Assembly: GCA_009927195.1 (NCBI GenBank)
Contig: RFNL01000372.1
Coordinates: forward strand, 9,785 to 73,784
Reading direction: 5' to 3'
From: Betaproteobacteria bacterium
GTDB lineage: Bacteria > Pseudomonadota > Gammaproteobacteria > Burkholderiales > Burkholderiaceae_C
Length of the DNA stretch: 64,000 bases
Shown in pieces: positions 28,714 through 38,141 of this stretch (positions are counted from its first letter, which is position 1; the number at the start of each line of letters is the position of its first letter). The notes beneath the pieces were generated by a model that saw only the letters and a list, made by a program, of their open reading frames with translations, was not told the DNA's origin and ran no database searches. Made by a program: the position numbers and the translations under genes.

Positions 28714-29486
28714 GCTCGATGCTCCTCGATCAGGGATAAATAGTCCAAAACAGCGGCTTTTGCCGCAGTGTTTAACAATATTTTTCCATGGGCAGGATTG
28801 GAAAGGGCGGAATTCGAACCTACCCGCCCATCTGGAAATTGCAGTCTGTGGCTATTGGCGTCAAGGTGCTGATCACCCGCATGTGTCTGATAAAACGATT
28901 TGTCCAAAGACTTTGCTGGTGGCAGTTGATCTTCGGGACACATTTGGGGAAACAAGTGCTTGGTGATTGAAATCTCAGAAGGTGTGGCATGCATACCTTC
29001 TCCATCACCATACCAGGCTTGTCGCAAATCATTGACTTCTGGAAATTCCCACCAGCTTTTGACCCTGAACATCAGTGGCGGTAAAGGGAGGGGTGAGGTG
29101 CTTCGTGATCGCTGGACCTCTTGAATGGCACTCAATGTGGGGGCAATATTGCCGCCATGACCATTGAGAAAGTAAAAACAACGAAATCCTTGATGGGCCA
29201 AGGACTCCACACAGTCAACCACGATGTTGATCCAGGTGCTGGGCCTTAAACAAATCGTACCTGGAAAATTCAAGTTAAAAGCGGCTGGACCCAAACTCAA
29301 TGTTGGTGCGATCAAGATTTGGTTATTTTCGGCCATGGCGGCGGCAATAAACTCGCTGGTAATCGCATCGGTTCCGATCAGTCCACTGGGCCCGTGCTGT
29401 TCTGTGGATCCCATGGGAATCACAATGCCTTGCGATTGCTTCAAATAATTTTGCACATCCAGCCAAGTGCACATTTGCAATTTCAT
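28710..29486 (-). CDS. Creatininase family amidohydrolase
   Basis: PMGSTEQHGP...GTD, FPGT, NGHGGN, HATPSE, DGRVGS metal/active-site motifs. Confidence 0.92.
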   Translation of the reverse strand: MKLQMCTWLDVQNYLKQSQGIVIPMGSTEQHGPSGLIGTDAITSEFIAAAMAENNQILIAPTLSLGPAAFNLNFPGTICLRPSTWINIVVDCVESLAHQGFRCFYFLNGHGGNIAPTLSAIQEVQRSRSTSPLPLPPLMFRVKSWWEFPEVNDLRQAWYGDGEGMHATPSEISITKHLFPQMCPEDQLPPAKSLDKSFYQTHAGDQHLDANSHRLQFPDGRVGSNSALSNPAHGKILLNTAAKAAVLDYLSLIEEHRA

Positions 29487-29489
29487 GGT

Positions 29490-30257
29490 TCAAGCTTGCA
29501 GAGACAGTTTACGTTCGAGTTTGCGGACAAGCCATGAAATAAACACAATCAGCACAAGGTACTCGAGAACCAAAAAGCTGTAGATTTCAAGAGGTCGATA
29601 CTCATTGACGTTAAGTTCATTGGCCAAGCGTGTCAATTCAGGCAAGCCAATGACTGAAATCAAAGAGGACATTTTTACGACATAAATAAACTGATTGCCC
29701 AACGCCGGCAAGATGACTTTGATGGCTTGTGGCGCAACAATGAATCGCATTTGTTGAGACCACGACAAGCCCAGGCTCTTCGCTGCTTCTATTTGTCCTT
29801 TCGGTACGGATTGAATTCCGGCCCGAAATACTTCTGCTTCAAATGCGCTATCGCTCAGCGATAAGGACACCACACCGGCAATGAAAAGTCCCATTTGAAG
29901 ACCAATGATCACTGGTAATCCATAGAAAACCCAAAGCAATAACACGAGCAATGGAATGGCTCGAAATAGCTCGACATAGCCCCTGGAGAAAGCTTCTAGC
30001 CAAGGTTTTTTTGACAATCCAGCCAAGGCCAAACCAAGGCCCAAAAGAACCGAAAGACAAAGGGCGCAAATCGAAACCGCCAGGGTGGACCCAATACCGT
30101 TGATCAAGAAAAAGAGGTTGCTCAGCCCCTTTTCTTGAAAAGGATTAAATATGTACCAACCCCAGTTATAGGAGGATTCCACAGCACTGCAACCTGCAAA
30201 AAGCAGTGCAACAAACAGTGGCAAGAGGCGTAAATTTATTTTTTCGATGACAGCCAC
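29490..30257 (-). CDS. Polar amino acid ABC transporter permease
   Basis: YVELFRAIPLLV, EAA loop EVFRAGIQSVPKGQIEAAKSLGL, PQA...LP.LGNQFI..VK.SSL; N-terminus carries a lipobox-like LFAGC. Confidence 0.93.
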   Translation of the reverse strand: MAVIEKINLRLLPLFVALLFAGCSAVESSYNWGWYIFNPFQEKGLSNLFFLINGIGSTLAVSICALCLSVLLGLGLALAGLSKKPWLEAFSRGYVELFRAIPLLVLLLWVFYGLPVIIGLQMGLFIAGVVSLSLSDSAFEAEVFRAGIQSVPKGQIEAAKSLGLSWSQQMRFIVAPQAIKVILPALGNQFIYVVKMSSLISVIGLPELTRLANELNVNEYRPLEIYSFLVLEYLVLIVFISWLVRKLERKLSLQA

Positions 30258-31036
30258 TTGGCCTCTAAGGTGGTGAAGAACCCTTCAGCCTCTTTCAGTG
30301 CTATCCAATTGTTCAAAAAAGTCAACCATACTGCATCGCCTTGGATCACGGGGTAGGCAAAAGGACGCTTGTTTTTCATATCAGTGACTGAACCAACCAC
30401 CAGTAAGTCAGGGTATGTTTTGACCAGTGTTGCAGCCTCTACATTGCTGGTGATGGTGACTTGAGCTCGGTTGGCCAAAACCTCTTGGTAACCGGTGGCC
30501 GGTTTTTCAACGCTGCGAACTTTTGCTTTGGGGAAAAGGGTTTTGGCTTGTTGTTCAAAAACAGTGCCCATCAAAACAGCCACATTCACGTTGTTGTTGT
30601 TGATGCTGTCCCAAGAAACAAATTTTTTGGCATCTTTTTTATGAATCAGCGGAACTGTCCCTGCGTATACATACGGATTGGTAAACGCAACGGTTTTGGC
30701 TCTGGCCATGTTCAAGGAAGAGCCGCCTGCAAAAATATCGTACCGGTCAGACACAATCCCATTGACCAGGGTGGCCCATTCTGTGGTGACAAATTCAACT
30801 TTAACGCCCAAGTCGGCTGCCAACTGGTTCATGGCATCAATGTCAAAGCCAACCAACGCGTTGGTGCTGGTGTCCTTGGTGGACATCGGATTAAAGTCAC
30901 CAGTGGTGCCCACCCTAAGGGTACCTCGCTCTAAAATTTGGGTCAGTTTGGACTTGTTTTGAGCCAATACAGGGGCAGATAATCCCATGGTCAACAGTGC
31001 GATCACCGTGATGAGTTTGCTGAAATATTTATACAT
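30236..31036 (-). CDS. Family 3 solute-binding protein, cyclohexadienyl dehydratase (PheC)/Pu1068-like
   Basis: Signal peptide; ILERGTLRVGTTGDFNPMS, GFDID...LAADLGVKVEFV.TEW, QEVLA.RA...ITS..EA. Confidence 0.88.
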   Translation of the reverse strand: MYKYFSKLITVIALLTMGLSAPVLAQNKSKLTQILERGTLRVGTTGDFNPMSTKDTSTNALVGFDIDAMNQLAADLGVKVEFVTTEWATLVNGIVSDRYDIFAGGSSLNMARAKTVAFTNPYVYAGTVPLIHKKDAKKFVSWDSINNNNVNVAVLMGTVFEQQAKTLFPKAKVRSVEKPATGYQEVLANRAQVTITSNVEAATLVKTYPDLLVVGSVTDMKNKRPFAYPVIQGDAVWLTFLNNWIALKEAEGFFTTLEAKWLSSKK

Positions 31037-31131
31037 TTGAGATGAGGTGTGGTTAACGAATGCAATGAAGTGGAAAATGAAACCAGGTTCTTATGTTGCC
31101 ATAAATGGTTTGAACACTTTCTTCTTTTTGA

Positions 31132-32211
31132 TCAGTGTGCGCGGCTAAAGCATATCAATGAATCAGAATCATTCGGGAGAATATTTTGACTGTTTTTGGC
31201 GTGGGCAACGTCCATGTCTCTCGGAAGTGGCACTGCATTTTTAACAGCCAATACCTCGGCCATGATGCTGACGGCTATTTCTGCGGGTGTTTTACTGCCA
31301 ATATAAATGCCAATGGGTCCCCGCAGTCGTGCCAAATGTTGTTCGCCCAAACCCATGTGATCCTTCATTCGCTGCTTTCGCGCTGAGTTGTTGCGTCTTG
31401 AGCCTATGGCTCCGATGTAAAAAGCTTCGGTTTCCAAAGCCTCCATCAATGCCAAGTCATCCAACTTGGGGTCGTGCGTCAAGGCAATGACACAGCTTCG
31501 CCGGTCGGGTCGAAAACTTAAGACCGAGTCATCAGGCATTTCACGGGTCAAGTGGGCCCCAGTCACCGACCATGAGGCGCTGTACTCCGTCCTCGGATCG
31601 CAAACGGTGACTGAAAACCCGTTGAATATGGCCATCGTTGCAAGGTATTCGGACAGTTGTCCTGCGCCAATCAACAACATTCGGTACTCAGGCCCAAAGG
31701 TATTGACCAAATTAACACCGTCCAAGATCAAATCCGCAGGCGTTGAGCATGGTTGAATCGTGACACCCCCCGTTTTTAAATCAGTGATTCGTTGCACCAA
31801 TTGTCCGTTTTCAAGGGCATTGACCAACTTCAATAAAACTTCCGGATCTGGATCAAATTCAAGCAAAAGCTCAAGCGTGCCACCGCAGGGCAACCCAAAC
31901 CGATGGGCTTCATCGGCTGATATCCCATACTTCACATTTTGCGGCGGTCCAGAGGGAATCAAGGCCTCTTCAAGGTGAGAGGACACCCGATGGGCATATG
32001 CCTGTGTATAGCGATAAATCAAGTCATCCTCTATGCAACCGCCCGAGACTGAGCCCACCACAGATCCGTTGTCGCACAAGGCCATGATGGAACCCACTGG
32101 TCTGGGGGAAGAACCCCAGGTGCGCACTACGGTGGCCAATAAGGCGCGGTGGCCAGCGATACGCCAGTCGCGCAAAGAACGAAGCACCATGACATCGAGG
32201 TTTTCCATCAT
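31132..32211 (-). CDS. xdhC: XdhC/CoxF family molybdoenzyme maturation factor
   Basis: TVVRTWGSSPRPVG, GSVSGGCIE, GLPCGG, LTHDPKLDD, YIGAIGSR, PIG..IGSKTPAEIAVSI.AE. Confidence 0.93.
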   Translation of the reverse strand: MMENLDVMVLRSLRDWRIAGHRALLATVVRTWGSSPRPVGSIMALCDNGSVVGSVSGGCIEDDLIYRYTQAYAHRVSSHLEEALIPSGPPQNVKYGISADEAHRFGLPCGGTLELLLEFDPDPEVLLKLVNALENGQLVQRITDLKTGGVTIQPCSTPADLILDGVNLVNTFGPEYRMLLIGAGQLSEYLATMAIFNGFSVTVCDPRTEYSASWSVTGAHLTREMPDDSVLSFRPDRRSCVIALTHDPKLDDLALMEALETEAFYIGAIGSRRNNSARKQRMKDHMGLGEQHLARLRGPIGIYIGSKTPAEIAVSIMAEVLAVKNAVPLPRDMDVAHAKNSQNILPNDSDSLICFSRAH

Positions 32212-32234
32212 CTATACCCATCGGTTCTGGTCAA

Positions 32235-32810
32235 TTATTGACGTGCAAATGCCCATACCAGCGCGCCGGCCAAAATTGCAGCGGCCATCCACAACCACTT
32301 GCCACTTTGGTCAGCGTGAGAGGACGCAGGTTGATCGGATAGGCCATCTGGCATTGGGGTCGATGGCTGTAATTTTTTCAATTCATTTTCAAAACGTTTG
32401 AAAAAATCCTCAGCCAGTGACTTGGCAGCACCATCTATCAATCGTTGCCCCAATTGCGCAATTTTTCCACCGACTTTTGAGTGAACGGTATAACTCAACT
32501 CACATCCTTGATCGTTGGGGGTAAGTGTCACCTTGGATTCGCCCTTGCCAAATCCGGCCACACCGCCCTGGGCTTCAAATTGCAATGCGTAAGAGTCTGG
32601 GGGGTTGATGTCCATCAATTTCACCGTTCCATTGAACTTGGCGGCAACAGGCCCAATTCGAAGGGCAACACCCACTGAATAAACATTTTCTTCAAGCAAA
32701 TCAAATTTTTCGCATCCAGGGATACATGACTTGAGAATTTCGGGGTTGTTCAAAGCCTCCCAAACTTGGGCTTGGTTGTTGGGAAGTTGTCGATTGCCTT
32801 GCATGTCCAT
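32235..32810 (-). CDS. coxG: CoxG (SRPBCC fold) with C-terminal membrane anchor
   Basis: VWEALNNPEIL..CIPGC, GGVAGFGKG, VGGKIAQLGQRLI; terminal TM helix. Confidence 0.92.
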   Translation of the reverse strand: MDMQGNRQLPNNQAQVWEALNNPEILKSCIPGCEKFDLLEENVYSVGVALRIGPVAAKFNGTVKLMDINPPDSYALQFEAQGGVAGFGKGESKVTLTPNDQGCELSYTVHSKVGGKIAQLGQRLIDGAAKSLAEDFFKRFENELKKLQPSTPMPDGLSDQPASSHADQSGKWLWMAAAILAGALVWAFARQ

Positions 32811-32822
32811 TTTTGTTTTCCT

Positions 32823-34004
32823 TTAATCCGATTTGAGCAGCGACTTGATGGCCTTGGCGAGTTCTTCCAATCTCGACAAATTGTGGATGGCCAACATGGC
32901 ATCGGCGTGTTGGTGCAATATCCGAGCCCCGCTGGCCAACGGCGCATAACCATCAAATCGAAGCAAAGGGTTGAGCCACATCAGCTTGCGGCAATGTCGT
33001 TTCAGCCAAATCAGTTCTTGGGAGAGTTCGCTGACCAAACCTGTGTCTAGACCATCACTGATGAGCAGAACCAATGTTCGTCTGCCCTTTAATTGTCGCC
33101 GATATTGAATTCTTAATTCCTTCAAGGATTGACCCAGCCTTGTCCCACCTGCAAAATCACCAATGCGTTCACTGGCATTGAGCAGCATGCTGTCCGTGTC
33201 GACCCTGCGAAAACTTGGCGTCAAGTCCGTCAATTGCGTTCCAAATGCAAAAACACTTCTTGGCGCATGTCTGGTTGATTGGTGTAGGAAGGCCATCATC
33301 AAACGGGCATACCTTTCCATGGACCCTGAGATGTCGATCAAAATCAGCAACGGCAAGGGTTGTTCACGGCGCTTTAAAAAGGGTAGTTGCAACAATTCGC
33401 CGCCATGCCGAGATTTATGACGGATGGCTCGCGACCAGTTAACCAGATGGCCCCGCGCCCCAGTTTGGGTACGTCTGCTTTGAACTTTCGGCAACGCCAA
33501 TTGAATATTTCGAGCCAACTTCTCCACCAGAGCGTATTCGCTGGCATTGAGTGTTTGAAAATCGGCATGGTGCAAGCGAATGGCTTGGCTGGCACTCATG
33601 GCGGCGTCCAATTCAATCTCTTGTTCTTTTTGAGCATTGCCCTTTTTCGCAGAGGAGACGGGTTTTAAGGCCTCATGAACCCTGGCACGTTGGCTGGGTT
33701 TTATTTTTGCCCTTTCTTGTCCTTGCGGCAACATTTGTCCAAGCAGACGATGGGCCAAGTCAGGATTGCGAAAAAATGCATCGAACATTTGGGCAAAAAC
33801 GGTTCGATCCTGTTCTTGCGAAATCAACACAATCTCCAGTGCGGCAGCCAAGTCATCTTTACGGTTCAGTCCAACCAATAGGGCGGAAGATTGTGCAAGG
33901 GCGATCCGGTCACTGTGAATTGGCACACCCGCCCGGCGCAAAGCCCTGCAAAATGCGACGATGTTGTCAGCCAGTTTTCCTGAGCGAGCATCACCAAGCT
34001 GCAT
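32823..34004 (-). CDS. coxE: CoxE-like VWA domain protein
   Basis: F.RALRRAG, MIDAS-like DISGSM, FAFGT.LT, GGTRLG, ISDGLD, WLNPLLRFDGY.P. Confidence 0.92.
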   Translation of the reverse strand: MQLGDARSGKLADNIVAFCRALRRAGVPIHSDRIALAQSSALLVGLNRKDDLAAALEIVLISQEQDRTVFAQMFDAFFRNPDLAHRLLGQMLPQGQERAKIKPSQRARVHEALKPVSSAKKGNAQKEQEIELDAAMSASQAIRLHHADFQTLNASEYALVEKLARNIQLALPKVQSRRTQTGARGHLVNWSRAIRHKSRHGGELLQLPFLKRREQPLPLLILIDISGSMERYARLMMAFLHQSTRHAPRSVFAFGTQLTDLTPSFRRVDTDSMLLNASERIGDFAGGTRLGQSLKELRIQYRRQLKGRRTLVLLISDGLDTGLVSELSQELIWLKRHCRKLMWLNPLLRFDGYAPLASGARILHQHADAMLAIHNLSRLEELAKAIKSLLKSD

Positions 34005-34024
34005 AAAACCTGGGAGTTAATGGA

Positions 34025-34930
34025 TCAAGACGGGTTGATCGGAGCCAAAAGCTCAGTAATCAATGGTTGCAGGGCCGCAACATCTTCTTTTTGTTTGAAC
34101 AAAATTCCCGCGGTGTCATGGATGATCTCTGGATCCAACTCAAGGGTGTCCAAAGCGACCAAGGCTTTGGCCCACTCCACGCTTTCTGCAATGCCAGGCC
34201 CACGCTGAAAGGCATCTGAAAAAGGTTGATTTCTCAATCGACTGACAAAATCAGCCACTTTCACAGTGAGCGATTGGCTGGCTTGAGGAACTTTAGATTG
34301 AATGATGGCCAACTCCAAATCACGACTGGGGTAATCCATCCAGTGGTATAGACAACGTCTTTTGACCGCGTCATGCAAATCACGGGTTCGGTTGCTGGTC
34401 AAAATGGTGATGGGAGTGCTGTTGCAATGGATGGTCCCCAACTCTGGAATGGTGATTTGATACTCGCCCAAATATTCCAGCAAAAAAGCTTCGAAAGGCT
34501 CATCGGCCCGGTCCACTTCATCAATCAGTAAAACTGCCCCGGGAGAGGGCGTTTGAAGTGCTTGCAGCAAGGGGCGGCGAATCAAATATTTGGATTGGTA
34601 AACCTCATTTTCAATTTGCTCGGTACTGACGCGATCTTGTGCGGCGCGCATGTGCAGCAACTGTGCGGCATAGTTCCACTCGTACAAAGCCTCGCGTTGC
34701 TCCATGCCGTCGTAGCATTGCAAGCGAATCAATGGTCGATTTAGCAAAACAGCCAGCGCTTTGGCCAACTCCGTTTTGCCCACACCAGGTTCCCCTTCAA
34801 GTAACAAAGGTCGTTGTAACCTTAAGCTCAAATAAACGGCAGTGGCCAACTTTCTTTGGGCTTGATAACCCACGCTGGCCAAAGCATGAATCACCTCATC
34901 AATAGAAACCAAATCGGTGGCAAGGGTCAT
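34025..34930 (-). CDS. coxD: CoxD/MoxR-family AAA+ ATPase
   Basis: LLEGEPGVGKT, RLQCYDG, LYEWNY, LLIDEVDRADEPFEAFLLE, TSNRTR.LHDA.KRRC. Confidence 0.92.
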   Translation of the reverse strand: MTLATDLVSIDEVIHALASVGYQAQRKLATAVYLSLRLQRPLLLEGEPGVGKTELAKALAVLLNRPLIRLQCYDGMEQREALYEWNYAAQLLHMRAAQDRVSTEQIENEVYQSKYLIRRPLLQALQTPSPGAVLLIDEVDRADEPFEAFLLEYLGEYQITIPELGTIHCNSTPITILTSNRTRDLHDAVKRRCLYHWMDYPSRDLELAIIQSKVPQASQSLTVKVADFVSRLRNQPFSDAFQRGPGIAESVEWAKALVALDTLELDPEIIHDTAGILFKQKEDVAALQPLITELLAPINPS

Positions 34931-35718
34931 CCGATCGCCTGTTGTACAGCCCGCTGGGTTTGAACCTTGATCAAGTTGGCGCGATATGCCGCAGAGGCGT
35001 GTAAATCAGTATTCAGGTTGCTGGCATCCACAGAAACTGATTGAATGGATTCAGGGGAAAAGGATTGGCTCAATGCCTCTTCCAGTCCGGAGTGGCGAAA
35101 TACACCATTGGCTGCCCCCGTAATGGCAACTCGGGCGCCAGCATTGGTCAGGGCCACAAAAACCCCGACCAATGCAAAACGAGAAGCAGGTTGCTTGAAT
35201 TTGGCGTAGGCTGCTTTTCGGGGAATGGGAAATGAAATGGCCTTGATCAATTCCCCTGGTTGAAGGGCTGTGGCATACATGCCTAGGAAAAAATCAGAAG
35301 CCTTGATGAGGCGTTGATGGGTATGAATGTTCGCATCCAGCGCCAAAACCGCGCTGGGGTAACAGGCCGCAGGGTCGTTATTGGCAACGGACCCGCCAAT
35401 GGTTCCCATGGCTCTGACCTGCCGGTCACCAATGCCGCCTGCCAGGTGAGCCAAAGCTGGAATGTGTTTTAGAACTTCTGGATTTGATTCAACGTGCTGA
35501 TGGGTAGTCATTGCACCGATGATCAATTGATCGCCGTCCAAACACACGCCTTGCAGTTCTTTGAGGTGTGCAAGGTCAACCAATTTTTCAGGTTGCATCA
35601 GGCGTTGCTTCATGGCGGCAAGCATGGTCTGTCCCCCAGCCAGGGCTTGTCCACCATTGGAAATCAAGTGAGCGGCCTCGTCCAGTGAGTTGGGGCGTTC
35701 GTAATGAAAAGCGTACAT
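34927..35718 (-). CDS. coxM: Molybdenum hydroxylase FAD-binding medium subunit (CoxM/CutM)
   Basis: LAGGQT, IGD.QVR..GTIGGS.ANNDPAACYP, KF.QPASRFA.VG. ATG 35718 (MYAFHYERP) is 14 nt after the coxL stop. Confidence 0.93.
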   Translation of the reverse strand: MYAFHYERPNSLDEAAHLISNGGQALAGGQTMLAAMKQRLMQPEKLVDLAHLKELQGVCLDGDQLIIGAMTTHQHVESNPEVLKHIPALAHLAGGIGDRQVRAMGTIGGSVANNDPAACYPSAVLALDANIHTHQRLIKASDFFLGMYATALQPGELIKAISFPIPRKAAYAKFKQPASRFALVGVFVALTNAGARVAITGAANGVFRHSGLEEALSQSFSPESIQSVSVDASNLNTDLHASAAYRANLIKVQTQRAVQQAIG

Positions 35719-35732
35719 ATTGATTCCTTGTG

Positions 35733-38111
35733 TTATTGGGCTCGGGCTGCTTGAATGGCTTGCCAGACGCGGTGGGGCGTGGCTGGCATATCCAAATCCT
35801 TCACGCCCAAAGGTGCCAATGCATCCAAGACAGCATTCATGATGGCAGGGGGTGAGCCAATCGCACCGGCCTCTCCACAACCTTTGGTCCCCAGGGGGTT
35901 GTGGGTACAGGGGGTACATACATGGCCCAGATTGAAGATTGGAAAATCGTCTGCACGGGGCATGGTGTAGTCCATGAAGGATCCGCTTAAAAGCTGACCC
36001 GTTTCACGGTCATACACACAGTTCTCCAACAAGGCTTGACCAATGCCCTGTACCAAACCACCGTGAACTTGACCCTCAACAATCATGGGATTGATGATGG
36101 TTCCGAAATCATCCACCGCAGAGAAACGGTCAACCTTGACGAGACCGGTGGCAGGATCAATTTCCACTTCGGCAATATAGGTTCCGGCAGGGAAGGTGAA
36201 ATTCGTCGGATCGTAGAAAGCCGTTTCATTGAGCCCAGGCTCTAATTTGTCCAACGGATAGTTGTGAGGAACGTAAGCGGTCAATGCCACCTGTCCAAAA
36301 CTGATTTTTTTGTCGGTGCCTTTGACACTGAATTCGCCGTTGTTGAATTCAATGTCGGTATCTGCAGTCTCCATCAAATGCGCCGCAATTTTTTTGGCTT
36401 TTGCTTCAATCTTGTCCAATGCTTTCATGATGGCGGCCCCGCCAACCGAAATGGATCGAGAGCCATAAGTCCCCATGCCAAAAGGAACCCTGCCAGTGTC
36501 ACCGTGAACGACATCCACAGACTCAACAGCGATTCCCAGTCTGGCTGCCACAACCTGGGCGAATGTGGTCTCGTGTCCTTGCCCATGGCTGTGTGATCCA
36601 GTAAATACGGTGACACTGCCTGTCGGATGCACACGAACCTCGCCACATTCAAACAGGCCGGCCCTGGCACCCAAAGCGCCAGCAATATTGGAAGGTGCAA
36701 TGCCACAAGCCTCAATGTAGCTGGAGTAACCAATTCCCCTGAGTTTGCCGTGGGATTCACTGATGGCTTTGCGGTTTTGAAAACCCGCTACGTCAGCCAA
36801 TTTTTGAGCTTCGTTCATGCAAGCGTGATAGTCACCAATGTCGTATTGGAGTGCCACAGGGGTTTGGTATGGAAACTGCGTGATGAAGTTGCGCTTGCGA
36901 ATCTCATCCTGCGTCAGACCGATTTCCCATGCGGCTCGGCTGACCAAACGCTCAAGCAGGTAGGTTGCTTCGGGGCGACCGGCACCTCTGTAGGCATCCA
37001 CGGGCGCTGTGTTAGTGAACCAGGCATCCACCTCCACATAGACTTGTGGAGTGGTGTACTGTCCGGCCAGCAAGGTCGCGTACAAAATGGTGGGCACCGC
37101 TGTTGCGAAGGTTGAGAGGTATGCGCCCAAGTTGGCATGGGTATGAACACGCAAGGCTAAAAATTTCCCATCTTTGTCCATTGCCATTTCTGCATGGCTG
37201 ACATGATCTCTGCCGTGGGCATCACTCAGAAAGGCTTCAGACCGATCACAAGTCCATTTGATGTTGCGATTGAGCTTTTTTGATGCCCAGGTCAAACAGA
37301 CGTCTTCGGCATACAGATAAATTTTGGATCCAAAACCGCCGCCAACATCGGGGGCAATCACGCGCACCTTGTGTTCGGGCAGGCCCATCACGAAGGCGGT
37401 CATCAACAGGCGCTCAACATGGGGGTTTTGGTTCGCCACCCAAAGGGTGTACTCGTCATTGGCACGGCTATAAGAACCAATGGCAGCCCTGGGTTCCATG
37501 GCATTGGGAACCAGTCGGTTATTGACCAAGTCAAGCTTTGTCACATGTGCGGCATTGGCAAAAGCAGTGTCTACTTGCGCTTTGTCCCCTATGGCCCACT
37601 TATAGCAATGGTTATCCGGCGCTGACTCGTGAATAGGGGAGCCATTTGGGGCGTCACGTACATCGACAACCGCAGTCAGTACATCGTAGTCGACGGTCAC
37701 CAATTCAGCAGCATTTTGGGCTTGTTCCAGGGTTTCTGCCACCACCATCACCACATGATCGCCCACGTAGCGAACTTTCCCTTGCGCCAAAATTGGATGG
37801 GGCGGCTCTTTCATGGGATGCCCGCTGGTATCCGTGATGAGCCAGCCGCAAGGGAGACCATTTATTTTTGCGTCTTCAACATCTTTACCATCCAATATGC
37901 CAATCACACCGTCTGCGGCCAGCGCTGCATTTTTGTCGATACCTTTGATATGGGCATGGGCATGAGGAGATCGCACAAAAACTGCATGGGCCATGTTGGC
38001 CAAGTCAATATCGTCGGTGTATTGCCCGGCACCGGTTAAAAAACGGTAATCTTCTTTGCGGAGAATCGATTCGCCGATGTGTGGAAGCTTTGAGAAATCT
38101 GATGCACCCAT
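35733..38111 (-). CDS. coxL: Molybdenum hydroxylase large subunit, form II CoxL-like
   Basis: RKED.RFLTG.G.Y.DD, DVGGGFGSK, active-site loop AYRGAGRPEA (form II), GQGHET, GQVHGG, KGCGEAG. Confidence 0.94.
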   Translation of the reverse strand: MGASDFSKLPHIGESILRKEDYRFLTGAGQYTDDIDLANMAHAVFVRSPHAHAHIKGIDKNAALAADGVIGILDGKDVEDAKINGLPCGWLITDTSGHPMKEPPHPILAQGKVRYVGDHVVMVVAETLEQAQNAAELVTVDYDVLTAVVDVRDAPNGSPIHESAPDNHCYKWAIGDKAQVDTAFANAAHVTKLDLVNNRLVPNAMEPRAAIGSYSRANDEYTLWVANQNPHVERLLMTAFVMGLPEHKVRVIAPDVGGGFGSKIYLYAEDVCLTWASKKLNRNIKWTCDRSEAFLSDAHGRDHVSHAEMAMDKDGKFLALRVHTHANLGAYLSTFATAVPTILYATLLAGQYTTPQVYVEVDAWFTNTAPVDAYRGAGRPEATYLLERLVSRAAWEIGLTQDEIRKRNFITQFPYQTPVALQYDIGDYHACMNEAQKLADVAGFQNRKAISESHGKLRGIGYSSYIEACGIAPSNIAGALGARAGLFECGEVRVHPTGSVTVFTGSHSHGQGHETTFAQVVAARLGIAVESVDVVHGDTGRVPFGMGTYGSRSISVGGAAIMKALDKIEAKAKKIAAHLMETADTDIEFNNGEFSVKGTDKKISFGQVALTAYVPHNYPLDKLEPGLNETAFYDPTNFTFPAGTYIAEVEIDPATGLVKVDRFSAVDDFGTIINPMIVEGQVHGGLVQGIGQALLENCVYDRETGQLLSGSFMDYTMPRADDFPIFNLGHVCTPCTHNPLGTKGCGEAGAIGSPPAIMNAVLDALAPLGVKDLDMPATPHRVWQAIQAARAQ

Positions 38112-38141
38112 GGTTAACTCCGGTGATGAATGAGATGGACC

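Noticed and set aside
35733-38111. True aerobic CO dehydrogenase (form I)
   Set aside because: Active-site loop is AYRGAGR rather than AYxCSFR and the order is S-L-M, so CO oxidation cannot be claimed.
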